From positions 32,001-96,000 of the IMG/VR virus record IMGVR_UViG_3300009506_000002: DNA of 64,000 nucleotides. One strand, 5' to 3'. The translations under genes and the position numbers were made by a program. Positions 18,550-27,900 of the stretch are shown here, in pieces. Each line of letters starts with the position of its first letter. Position 1 is the stretch's first letter. Source of the DNA: a virus. The notes under the pieces were generated by a model. The model was not told the origin of the DNA. It made no database searches and saw nothing but the letters and a program-made list of their open reading frames with translations.

Positions 18550-19716
18550 TTATCCCCACATGAAGTCAATTGGGAGTTCGTAGTCTAGGCTGAAGGCCTC
18601 TTCGAGTTTGGTGATCTCTTCCTCAGCCTCATCAAAGATGTCCTTACCGTTCATGGTGATTCCACCTGGAAGCTGTACGCCATCAAATTTCTTGATGTTG
18701 CTTCCCCACTGCTTCTTGATCAGTGCAGTCGCATACTTCTTAACCCAGCGCTCGTTGTAGACGTTCGTTGATTCAATCGGATCGAGAGCCTTGTAGCCAT
18801 GCAAGATGAGCATTGAATTGAAGTAGAGGTATGGGTTGTAGACGAAGAATGTTTCGCCAGCGCTAGCGGCTGTACCTTCAACAATGACCTGAATGTCGTC
18901 GACGTGACCATCTGCGAATGTAGCAGTCACGTACTCGCCCTTCCATACATTTGACGGAGTGACAATCTTCGAGCCAACGATAGTTCCTGCAGAGTCCTTC
19001 AGGGTGATTGTGACGGGCCCTGTGTATGTGCCCGCACGCAATGACACCCAGATAGTGGCAACGCCACGAACGTAGGAGTCAGTTAGATAGGTTTGTCTCA
19101 ATCCAAACGCACCAGCAGCCCCAGACGCCACCGTATGCGCTTTTTCTGCGCCCAGAGGGTCTGTGGTATCATTAGACGTCAAAACAGCGTTAATGGCTGT
19201 CCAGTTAGCCGTTGTGATGTCAGTATTGTCCTTGAGAAGATTCTGTGTACCAACATCTGAGAGCTTCCAACGTGGCAGCAAGCGGTTAGATGCTGAATTG
19301 AACGAGAACGATCTTTCAGGTGTGAACAGATTGCGCAGCAATGCGATATGCTGCATTCCGATGTAGTATTCGGAAAGCTGTGAACGCATCAGATCCTTGT
19401 GGTTTTCCACCATGAACTGATATTGAACATCGGCCATAGCCTCAGATGAAAGTTGCTGGTTCTGGCTCATGATGTCAATTACCGCAACAAACTCATCTGG
19501 AACGTTCAGGTAGCCGCGCTCGATGTCTGGACGACGTACGACGTATCTATAGTAGACTTCTTCAACGCCGTTGTAGTGGCGCTCGGTGAAGTATTCGATT
19601 GCCTCATCGATTCTGTCGTAGGCCTGCGTGTCGTCAATTTCAATGTTGATGACAGGTGAGCCTAGCTTTCTCAGGCAATAGTTTTTAAGGTCTTCTGCAG
19701 ACTCAATGATAGCCAT
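18550..19716 (-). CDS. gp13: Neck protein with inserted beta-sandwich domain
   Basis: LRKLGSPVINIEI and WVKKYATALIKKQWG..KFDGVQLPGG flanking a ~145-aa insert. Confidence 0.92.
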   Translation of the reverse strand: MAIIESAEDLKNYCLRKLGSPVINIEIDDTQAYDRIDEAIEYFTERHYNGVEEVYYRYVVRRPDIERGYLNVPDEFVAVIDIMSQNQQLSSEAMADVQYQFMVENHKDLMRSQLSEYYIGMQHIALLRNLFTPERSFSFNSASNRLLPRWKLSDVGTQNLLKDNTDITTANWTAINAVLTSNDTTDPLGAEKAHTVASGAAGAFGLRQTYLTDSYVRGVATIWVSLRAGTYTGPVTITLKDSAGTIVGSKIVTPSNVWKGEYVTATFADGHVDDIQVIVEGTAASAGETFFVYNPYLYFNSMLILHGYKALDPIESTNVYNERWVKKYATALIKKQWGSNIKKFDGVQLPGGITMNGKDIFDEAEEEITKLEEAFSLDYELPIDFMWG

Positions 19717-19865
19717 TATTCTACCTCAGTTAGACTTTGTAGCGGTGCGCCAGTATTTATCTCTATCAGCGCGAACGTATCTTGTGTGTCGGTTATCGTT
19801 GGTGCGTCAACGACCTCCGTCATTACGGCACTGACCGAAACCTCAGACAGTGTGAACGTGATCAT
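19716..19865 (-). CDS. 49-aa hypothetical protein (not in ORF track)
   Basis: TAATG overlaps with both neighbours; MITFTLSEVSVSAVMTEVVDAP... Confidence 0.55.
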   Translation of the reverse strand: MITFTLSEVSVSAVMTEVVDAPTITDTQDTFALIEINTGAPLQSLTEVE

Positions 19866-20221
19866 TAAGGAGCAACCGAAACAGTGATATCCTGCAGCAC
19901 CTTAACTTTACCAGAAAGCAGTGTCTCGACGTCTGCCGGCGCGCCATCAATCACGCGCTGGAAGTCATAGTAGTAGGTGCCTTCTGGGATATACTGGGTT
20001 TGATTTGATGGCAGGGTAATGTGCATGATGCCAGTTGCAGGACTATCGGCAGCGTCATCGCCAGCCAGTGCCCACACTTGCAGAAGTGCAGCATTATCAT
20101 GGTCTGTCTTGTTTGTCTTCAGTGTGCAAACAATTCGCCAGCCAGTGATGTCGGTGGTTGCGCCGAAGTCAAACTTGTACTTCTTGGTGTCACCACGGTA
20201 AAAATTTGAGATTCCTGCCAT
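19865..20221 (-). CDS. Virion-associated Ig-like/BppU-N-like protein
   Basis: YRGDT...DITG...GTYYYDFQ...TLLSGKVKV pattern. Confidence 0.6.
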   Translation of the reverse strand: MAGISNFYRGDTKKYKFDFGATTDITGWRIVCTLKTNKTDHDNAALLQVWALAGDDAADSPATGIMHITLPSNQTQYIPEGTYYYDFQRVIDGAPADVETLLSGKVKVLQDITVSVAP

Positions 20222-20231
20222 CAGTCAATCC

Positions 20232-21608
20232 TTATGTTCTGATTTCTCTCCAAGTGATTGCCGCATACATTACACCAACAAGACCAGTGTCGCTGGTTGC
20301 AGCGATGGTGATTGAGTCGTGGTGTCCGTCTGGGTTAATGATCATCTTGAAGCCAATTTCTTGTGAGCCTTGTGTCTGGGCCTTGACAACGCCACCTGAA
20401 GCCAGATAGCCTTCGAGAATCTCACGACCCTCTTCTCCTGGAGTGGTTGAACGTTCAGCAGTACCGCCTGTGTTGATATGGTATTCTGCAACAGATTCAG
20501 TACCGTTGTCTGTGTAGCTGACAATCGCACCTTGGCCTGCTGCTCGGATTATCGCATCCTCAAGGATAGCCCAGTGAACGGTGTTGTTTTCTGCCATGAT
20601 ATTGATATCGAGTGCAATCATGGTTGACTTGTTCGTAACGCCCTTGAACAATGATTTAGGACGGATACTGAGAACTGGTGTAAGAACACCAGGAGTTTGA
20701 GACAGAGGAACTGAAACAAGCTCGGTAGAGCGTGACTTCAAGAATCCTCGCTTTTCATATCCTCCCTCTGAGAATGCAGAGCAGCAGATTTGGTTCAACG
20801 TGCCAGTATTTGCACCTGTGACGTTCTCAATCTCGTATGCCATGAACAGACTTGGGTTGCTCATGTAGACTGTATCAATGTTGTTTGCGTTGAGAATTTC
20901 ATGCACGTAGATGAACTTGCCGTCGATGTTCAGACCAAAGCGGATACGACCAGCACCGAGCCACTGGAAGTCAATCAAAAAGATTTGTGACTTAGCTGGG
21001 TTTAGTAGAATTCCAGACTCATTCACTGTTTCGACTGAATTTGTGCCGTCGAGTCGATCAATGTTCCATGATGACTGCGGGATCTTTGTTTCAAGCGGCG
21101 CACCTGATACTGACGAGCGCAAGCAAACGCCCATCTCGGTACCGTCAGAATAGAAGTACAAACCATCATCGTCATCAAACAGACCAATACGCTTTGTGAT
21201 GCCAGCGGTATGGCCGTTAAAGTTGCCAGTGAAAATCGTCAGCAAAGAACGTCCTGGCTGGTAGTGGATTCGCTCTGAAGAGTAGTTGCCAGCTTTTGAA
21301 CCAACGGCAGCAGTTACCGAAAGAACCTGAGAGGCATTTGGTGTATCGTTTGTGACCGCACCGCCGTTGGCAACAACCTCAGTAAAGAGGTGTGTCTGCT
21401 TACCGTAAACGAATGAGGCGTCAAAGATCGCGTATGGGTTTGATGTTCGTAGACGTGAGAACGCATCAATTGCCGCGCCATCACCTAGACCAATATAGAA
21501 CGGTCTGTCGAGTATGCCGTTTTGTTCGCCTCGGTCATCAACAGTGGCTACCGCATTGAAGAGTTCACCGTCGGTATTTACATCGTGTTGCTTAATTTTT
21601 GGTGGCAT
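20232..21608 (-). CDS. Putative virion structural protein (beta-rich, lectin-like)
   Basis: DAFSRLRTSNP, YQPGRS, FQWLGAGRIRFG; late module. Confidence 0.6.
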   Translation of the reverse strand: MPPKIKQHDVNTDGELFNAVATVDDRGEQNGILDRPFYIGLGDGAAIDAFSRLRTSNPYAIFDASFVYGKQTHLFTEVVANGGAVTNDTPNASQVLSVTAAVGSKAGNYSSERIHYQPGRSLLTIFTGNFNGHTAGITKRIGLFDDDDGLYFYSDGTEMGVCLRSSVSGAPLETKIPQSSWNIDRLDGTNSVETVNESGILLNPAKSQIFLIDFQWLGAGRIRFGLNIDGKFIYVHEILNANNIDTVYMSNPSLFMAYEIENVTGANTGTLNQICCSAFSEGGYEKRGFLKSRSTELVSVPLSQTPGVLTPVLSIRPKSLFKGVTNKSTMIALDINIMAENNTVHWAILEDAIIRAAGQGAIVSYTDNGTESVAEYHINTGGTAERSTTPGEEGREILEGYLASGGVVKAQTQGSQEIGFKMIINPDGHHDSITIAATSDTGLVGVMYAAITWREIRT

Positions 21609-21636
21609 GGTATTCTCCTGCTATCCGATTATTTAT

Positions 21637-22533
21637 TTAGAACACTGAGGTTAGTGTTGCAAAAGGCTTCTTGTCAAGCGTAATACCCGCACCTAGGTGA
21701 AGGTCTTTAATCAATGGCAAGTATTCACCAAGATTGACCGAACCAATTTCCAGACCGACATTGTAGCTGCTAGGAGCTGTGAGCATGAACGTAGGCGACA
21801 AAATCTGGAACACAGGCAACTGCTTTTCGTAGCCGTAGTTCATAAAGTTGAATTTGCCGATGATGCCATACTCTGCAGGTATTGCAGTGTACGCGCCAAG
21901 AGACACGGTAGGGTTCCACCATGACCAAACAAGCGGCTTATCCTGCAGTTCCTGGAATTGTGCGTCTTTTATGTTGAGGCGTAGCTTGACATCTTCATAA
22001 CCCTTTCTGCTTGGCGATGATGCCCATACAGAAACAGTATTGTGAACGCCTCCGTCGTAATCCTCAGATCGGACTATTTGTGCAGTGTAGTCAATCTGAT
22101 ATGTCTTTGAGAGCCAAGGATCAATTCCCTTTGCATCCTTGTTTGGTGAGTACAACGCGACACCGATTGGCAAGCGCGCGCCAGTTTCATCCTGCCAGTA
22201 GAGCTCTTTCTTCTTTACGCCATATTTCTCAACGTTTGTGCCGCCTTCATTGGATCGCTCTTGCCACTTGGCATCGATGGTGGCCTTGATTTCACCACGA
22301 GCCTTGATCATGTGAGAATTTACGCTCTTGGCGATGATCTCATCAATGCCAGCCATGTCAATCTTGTGAACAATCTCTGTTCGTCCTTGAACCACGCCTG
22401 GGGCAATATTCTGGAAATCCGTTCCGTGCTTTGTGCCTGCTCCTTGATCAGTGAACAGTGAAAAGGCGATGAAAGCCGCCATTGCTACAAGAAGGATGTC
22501 CTTAAGGTCAAATGACTTGCTGAAGAGTTCCAT
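21637..22533 (-). CDS. Membrane-anchored protein of lysis cassette (spanin candidate)
   Basis: N-terminal hydrophobic helix; beta-strand-like C-terminal third ending in Phe; coupled to holin-like gene. Confidence 0.45.
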   Translation of the reverse strand: MELFSKSFDLKDILLVAMAAFIAFSLFTDQGAGTKHGTDFQNIAPGVVQGRTEIVHKIDMAGIDEIIAKSVNSHMIKARGEIKATIDAKWQERSNEGGTNVEKYGVKKKELYWQDETGARLPIGVALYSPNKDAKGIDPWLSKTYQIDYTAQIVRSEDYDGGVHNTVSVWASSPSRKGYEDVKLRLNIKDAQFQELQDKPLVWSWWNPTVSLGAYTAIPAEYGIIGKFNFMNYGYEKQLPVFQILSPTFMLTAPSSYNVGLEIGSVNLGEYLPLIKDLHLGAGITLDKKPFATLTSVF

Positions 22534-22895
22534 TATTTACCTGAGAGCCAATCCGCAAGACCTTGCTTGAATCCGCCTTCGGGGCCCTTGCGCAGCCATT
22601 TGATAGTCGGCACGTAGAGTGCAGAGATGGCAACTGAAAGCGCAAGACCAAGTCCTACACCTGACTGCCAATCCGTACCTTCGGTGAGCAAGATAAAACC
22701 ACCAAGAGCACCAATCGAACCAGAGATAAGGCGAGTGATCAGTCGGTGTGTCTTGTCTTGGAGCTTACCGCCAAAGTACATCTTACCGATCTGGGTTACA
22801 GACACAATCATCAACACAACCCAGAGAGGCTTGTAGGCTATGATCTCTTTTGCAAAAGTCCAGCCTTGATCTAGATACTGAAAGAATTCTTCCAT
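22533..22895 (-). CDS. Holin-like membrane protein
   Basis: 120 aa, three hydrophobic segments, directly after the amidase. Confidence 0.6.
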   Translation of the reverse strand: MEEFFQYLDQGWTFAKEIIAYKPLWVVLMIVSVTQIGKMYFGGKLQDKTHRLITRLISGSIGALGGFILLTEGTDWQSGVGLGLALSVAISALYVPTIKWLRKGPEGGFKQGLADWLSGK

Positions 22896-22896
22896 G

Positions 22897-23475
22897 TTAT
22901 GCCTCGAATGCTCGGACCGCTTCTACGAGGCTTTCGGCAACTTTAGTGAGTCCTTCCTTCGTTGTCAAGAACTTCTTGGCGAATCCGTTGTTATCAATGT
23001 ATCCTGGCTCAGGAATGAACGCAGGACAATTGGTTTTGTCAGTGAAATAGTCAGGTTTTGTTCCGGGGTCAGAACCACCCCAATAGAGCCCTTTGCGGCC
23101 GCCTAGATCCCTTTCTCCAAGCTTCTTTGCGATTGCAGCCGACATTTTATCAGCTTGACTCTTTCGAGCGGCACTGGTCGGATAGTGCATGACCATTACG
23201 CCATAGCCCTTCTTATCATCAGTGTCCTCGAGCTCTGCATCAGCATTGAAGTGGAGGTCGAATGCAAGATCGAATTTTGGCACGGTAGCATTGATGCGCT
23301 TGACCTTTTCAGATAGCTTGCCAGCGAAGACCTGAACGGTATGACCGTCAGCTCGCAGCAATTCCTCCGCTATCTTGATGATCTCGATAGCGACGTCGTT
23401 TTCAGTCAGCTTGTGCTTCTTGTTTTCCGCGCCTTTCGCGTTTGTGTGGTGTCCTGGACAAATTGCTATTCTCAT
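22897..23475 (-). CDS. Endolysin, N-acetylmuramoyl-L-alanine amidase (Amidase_3-like)
   Basis: ICPGH, TENDVA, LHFNA, PAFIPEPGYIDN zinc/catalytic motifs. Confidence 0.9.
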   Translation of the reverse strand: MRIAICPGHHTNAKGAENKKHKLTENDVAIEIIKIAEELLRADGHTVQVFAGKLSEKVKRINATVPKFDLAFDLHFNADAELEDTDDKKGYGVMVMHYPTSAARKSQADKMSAAIAKKLGERDLGGRKGLYWGGSDPGTKPDYFTDKTNCPAFIPEPGYIDNNGFAKKFLTTKEGLTKVAESLVEAVRAFEA

Positions 23476-23480
23476 AATGT

Positions 23481-23488
23481 TATTTATG
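23481..23488 (-). promoter_or_regulatory. Late promoter (leaderless geometry)
   Basis: CATAAATA-5nt-ATG. Confidence 0.7.
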
Positions 23489-23894
23489 AGAGATTGTTAT
23501 GTGACTCCGGGTAGATAGTTTCGTGGTATCTGCCACTATCAGACTCTTCTTGGTTCATGTGACGGATTATCCATGCGTATGCAACCAGCATGAAGGTCTC
23601 GAAGATCTTACCAGTGACGTTGACAAACTCACTGACCTTGTCGAGGTGCACGGGTGCGTGAGCAGACAGCCATAGGTGAGCGCCGTATGAGATGACAAGG
23701 AAGAATGATACAATAGATGTCAGCAATGAGAAGGAGATGTGGTCGGTGTTATGCTGCTTCTCAGTCTGCGAAACGACCTTTTTAGCGTTCCGAATTGAGA
23801 CGAAAGACAGCTTTGTTGAGATTGCGAAGATGTAGATCGTGATCAGCAGTTGCACGAGATCTTCAAGATGGCTATTGATTAGATCAATCCACAT
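23484..23894 (-). CDS. Membrane protein (lysis cassette)
   Basis: Three hydrophobic segments. Confidence 0.6.
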   Translation of the reverse strand: MWIDLINSHLEDLVQLLITIYIFAISTKLSFVSIRNAKKVVSQTEKQHNTDHISFSLLTSIVSFFLVISYGAHLWLSAHAPVHLDKVSEFVNVTGKIFETFMLVAYAWIIRHMNQEESDSGRYHETIYPESHNNLS

Positions 23895-24313
23895 TATTTC
23901 TTATCCTCCGGTGATGGAGCCTCCTCAGACTTCCAGCGTATCCATGACAATCCTTTCTTCTCAGCCAACTCGAGAATATCTTTGGTCAACATACCAGTGA
24001 GAACCATCAACGCGCTTTCGGCGCGGATGTTCATTGCTGGCTCAATCCATAGAGCGATGTTGTCGACCAGAAAAGCTATGACAAGTGCCAGAGCAATGTT
24101 AATCAACCAAACAGAGAATACGAAAGTTCCCGCGAGCTTACTTTTTGCCAGCGACACAATCCCGTTGGAGATCATTGCAATCGTGAGCATGACGACAGTC
24201 TTGAACCATTCGGGAAAGACTGCGTCTAGAGTCGCCGGAATTTGATCATGAGGCATCCTGCTCAAATCTCCGTTTTTTAGTAGTTGTACATCGTCCCATA
24301 TTGCTAGAAGCAT
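23894..24313 (-). CDS. Holin-like membrane protein
   Basis: Three hydrophobic segments, charged C-tail; own late promoter. Confidence 0.55.
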   Translation of the reverse strand: MLLAIWDDVQLLKNGDLSRMPHDQIPATLDAVFPEWFKTVVMLTIAMISNGIVSLAKSKLAGTFVFSVWLINIALALVIAFLVDNIALWIEPAMNIRAESALMVLTGMLTKDILELAEKKGLSWIRWKSEEAPSPEDKK

Positions 24314-24384
24314 TTCATATCACCTGGCCTTTTTATCCGGTGGGTGCTTCCTGCACTACTTGGATATTCTCAACGGCTTAGTAA

Positions 24385-24392
24385 TATTTATA
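24385..24392 (-). promoter_or_regulatory. Late promoter for the lysis cassette
   Basis: TATAAATA. Confidence 0.8.
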
Positions 24393-24413
24393 GAAAATGT
24401 GCTCTAAGTCACA

Positions 24414-24956
24414 TTAAAGTTCGTGCGGCATCAGATATGGGGTATCGATGAAGAAATCTTTGCCGCTGGTTTCACAGTCAGCGCGTGCAGAGAACATGCC
24501 TTGATAGGTCAACCACATATCGTCGATGATCAGTTGAAGAACATCGAGAGTTACGTTGTGGTGCGCATTAAACGCATCTCTCAGAGAAACCGATGTCTGG
24601 CTTGTTCTCTGAGCCCACGCAAGAAGTGATTCGAAGATAAGGATGGTCTTTACTCCACCATTGAAGATGATGTCTTGGGCTTTGATGAAGTTTGAAGCAA
24701 GACCAAAGTCTTCAGAGATCTTCTTCTTCTGTGATTCCTTCTCATTCTCATCAATCATGATGGTGTCAAGCGCGATGACCTTGTTTATTTTGTCGAAGCA
24801 AATTTGCTCAAGAGTTGATCCTGTTCTCAGAAGCAGCATGATCTCTTCGTAGGTTTGCTGAGAGATCTTTGTTGATCCTTTCTCGCGCTTCTCTGAGAGA
24901 CGGTCGATGTGAGAACCGTCTTCAGAAAAGATGATGTAGTATGTTGTATCTGCCAT
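24414..24956 (-). CDS. Tail fibre assembly chaperone-like protein (DUF4376-like)
   Basis: Directly after the fibre gene; VSLRDAFNAHHNVTLDVL pattern. Confidence 0.55.
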   Translation of the reverse strand: MADTTYYIIFSEDGSHIDRLSEKREKGSTKISQQTYEEIMLLLRTGSTLEQICFDKINKVIALDTIMIDENEKESQKKKISEDFGLASNFIKAQDIIFNGGVKTILIFESLLAWAQRTSQTSVSLRDAFNAHHNVTLDVLQLIIDDMWLTYQGMFSARADCETSGKDFFIDTPYLMPHEL

Positions 24957-24966
24957 CTAATTATCC

Positions 24967-27900
24967 TTATGAAACGCTGTAACCTACAGGGCCAGAACAA
25001 GCAACCTGCGCGTAGCAGTGGTAGTAAGAAGTCGTGTTGTATGTGTAGTTGTAGTACGGACCATATCCATATGCCTGCAACTGGAATGAGTCGCCATTTG
25101 CAACATCTCGTACAGCCCAAGCTGACCACCCTGTCGTATTCGTTACCTGTGCAACGTTAACGCCGTTGTGAAGTAGACGTGTGTACGTTGTGGATGCCTG
25201 CTGGAAAGCCTGATAGCATCGTGCCTGAACTTGACCATTAGATCCTGCGTAGTACCATGTGGCAACAGTCTGCCAAGCAATAGCAGTGTTCTTTCTGTAG
25301 TCCGGACCGTAGTAGAGCAAGTTGTATGCAGTACCAGACACTGGTCCACTGATCTTGTCAGTTGTGATAGCACCAGCGGCAATCTTATTGGTTACAACTG
25401 CGCCGTTTGCAATCTTCGCAGATGTCACGTTGAGATCAGCGATATTGGCGGCGCCTACAACACCTGCGCCGAGTTCAGCAGTACCGATAGAGCCGTCAAT
25501 GATGTGGCTTGCGCCAATTGAGTTAGCCGCGATCTGAGAACCACCGATTGCGTTTGCATCAATACGTACCCATGCCTGCCATACGCCGGCTAGCAGAACA
25601 CGTGACCATGATGCCGCGTTGTTGAAGTCAGTCATCTTCTGAATGACGTAGGTTGAAGAGTGACGAATTACAGTCACAAATCTCCACCAGTGAGCGCCGG
25701 CAAGAGCAGGAGCATTTAGCAGATCATTGCCGCGGTAGAATCCGGTGTTGACGTAGTTATTCCAGTCGCCAGTAGCGAAGATAGCCTCACCATTGACCGC
25801 ACCTTCAGTTGTCAGCAGAATCTGGTGATTTGCTGGAACATCGTGCGCCGCAAGGTCACTAACAACGGTGTCGATGTTTGACTGCAAGGTTGTGTCATTT
25901 GCCGAACGAGTATTTGCCTCTACAATGTCGCGTTCGATGTAGTCAGCATCTTCGATCTTGAAGTAGTCGAGCTGAATCGTACCGCTACCGTCACCGCCGG
26001 TTGGGTAATTAACGTGCATGAACGGACGGAAGAACTTGACGTTATCATGTACGCCTGATGGTGCTTCTGGGTCGGTTGCGTTTGGAACATAAGCACCGTA
26101 ACCCTTGAAGTATGCGACCAGTTCGACCCAAGTGTTCAGGCCATCAGTTGCCAGGTCTCTGCCGTTTGCCAAGACGTAGTATTGGTTCGCAGGAGAGTTA
26201 GCGCCTGCGGTATTGCAGTAATTGTAGTCGCGATCCCAACCTGCGAAGCCCATGTAGATGACTGCCTGACCAGCAGAGTCAAGTGCAGTCGCTCGCACGC
26301 GCGCAGTTACCTTGTAGAGCTGGTGAGGGTTGAATGGAATCTTAGTCTTGTACACATCTGCACGGTAGCCAGTGACCTCACGGACACCCCAAGCAGATGA
26401 GCCAGCAACAGTAGGTGATCTTGGGTACGATACCGCACCAGAACCACTAACATTATCCCACTTGAAGTCCATATCATCGTCAAAATTGGTAATCCAGTCA
26501 GCGCGTTCGTGGATGAAGTCTTCCTGCAGGTGGATGTTCTTGTCAAGTTGTGCAGTGTTATCAAACGCGTCCTGACGCAGAGACTTTCTGTATCCAAGCT
26601 GGATGTATTCCATGTCGTTCGGGTCGTTGGTGCGAAGCGCGAACGGCTTGGTTCCGTAGAACTTCCACATACGGTATGGCGCTTTGGTGAGTGTGCATGT
26701 CGCACCCGAAGTTCCACCAGTTACTACGTTCACAGTGTCGAATGAGCCAGAGATTGAAGTCAGTACCAGACGGTTTGGGTAAACTTCCTTGATGACTGCG
26801 GTTGCACCTGTTACAGCCTGTGTGATGGTTTCGTCATCAACGAAGGTGCCTGTTGCAGTAGATGTGTCGAAGTCAACGTAACCAACGGTAGGGAACAGTG
26901 AAGCGACAGATGGTGCGCCAGAAGCATTGTTACCGACTGCATGGTAGACTGGATTAGTTCTTGATGCCGCAGTCAGATCAATGTCAGCATACAGATTGTC
27001 TGCACAGAACACGCGGATGTCGCATGGCTCAATTGCAAGAATCTGGAAGCCAGCAATGTCGTGCTCGAACATGTATGAATCACCACACATCGTATATGGA
27101 ATACCGGTGTGACCAGAAGAACCTACTCCATCATCGTTTGCGAATGCCTGCATGACATCGTCACAGACATAGTAGCCGTTTCCGACGTGGGTTGGTGTCA
27201 AGCCAGTGAATGAAACTGCCTGTTCTGCTGCCAAGCCGCTCCATGGAATGAGGATTTCGCGTGACATTGGGTACACGCACATATTATCGGCAGCGGCACC
27301 TTCCTTTGAGATGACCATAGGGCCATTTGAGTGGAAGTAGTGATGACCAATTTCTGATGCGTTTGCAGATGGAGGTGAAACACCTGGAGTAGATGCTGGG
27401 TCGTACTGTACGAAGACGGACTTTGTCTTGCCCTTTGGTACGTGAATGACGTTTGTCTCACCGCCACCTGAAACAGCAGGGTCCCAGACATTTTCTGAGA
27501 CAGCGAAGTTGGTGTCAGTAGAGTAGATGACGTCGATGTCCTGCTCTGGTGCGTAGATGGTTACTTCGTGAGGAGCAGAACGATCTGAGTAGAACCAGAA
27601 GTGTTCAGCCGCAGCAATGAGCGCAGGCACAACGTTACCGTCGAGCTTGTCTTTCAGTGCAATTGGCTTGTTAGATGATACGATGTCACCTGCAGATAGA
27701 ACCATTTCGCCAACGCTATCATCTGGCAATCCTGACAGTACGGTCTGACCATTCACCACAATTGAGGTATCGTCTTCGAATGTACCGTAGACGACGGTCA
27801 TGTTGTAAGGGATAACACGGCGTGAAAGCGCACCCATTGATGAGAAGAGCTTAGGTTCGTCATGCTGCTTCTCAATGTCGTCAAGAACGGCGATTGTGCC

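Noticed and set aside
24311-24318. ATGAAATG as a lambda S-type dual-start holin motif
   Set aside because: The two ATGs are out of frame (first gives MKCF-stop) and RBS spacing fits only the second.
24967-25100. Tyr/Asn-rich fibre tip (YGYGPYYNYTYNTTSYYHCY) as a diversity-generating retroelement variable region
   Set aside because: No template repeat or reverse transcriptase seen in the window; aromatic tips are normal for receptor-binding proteins.
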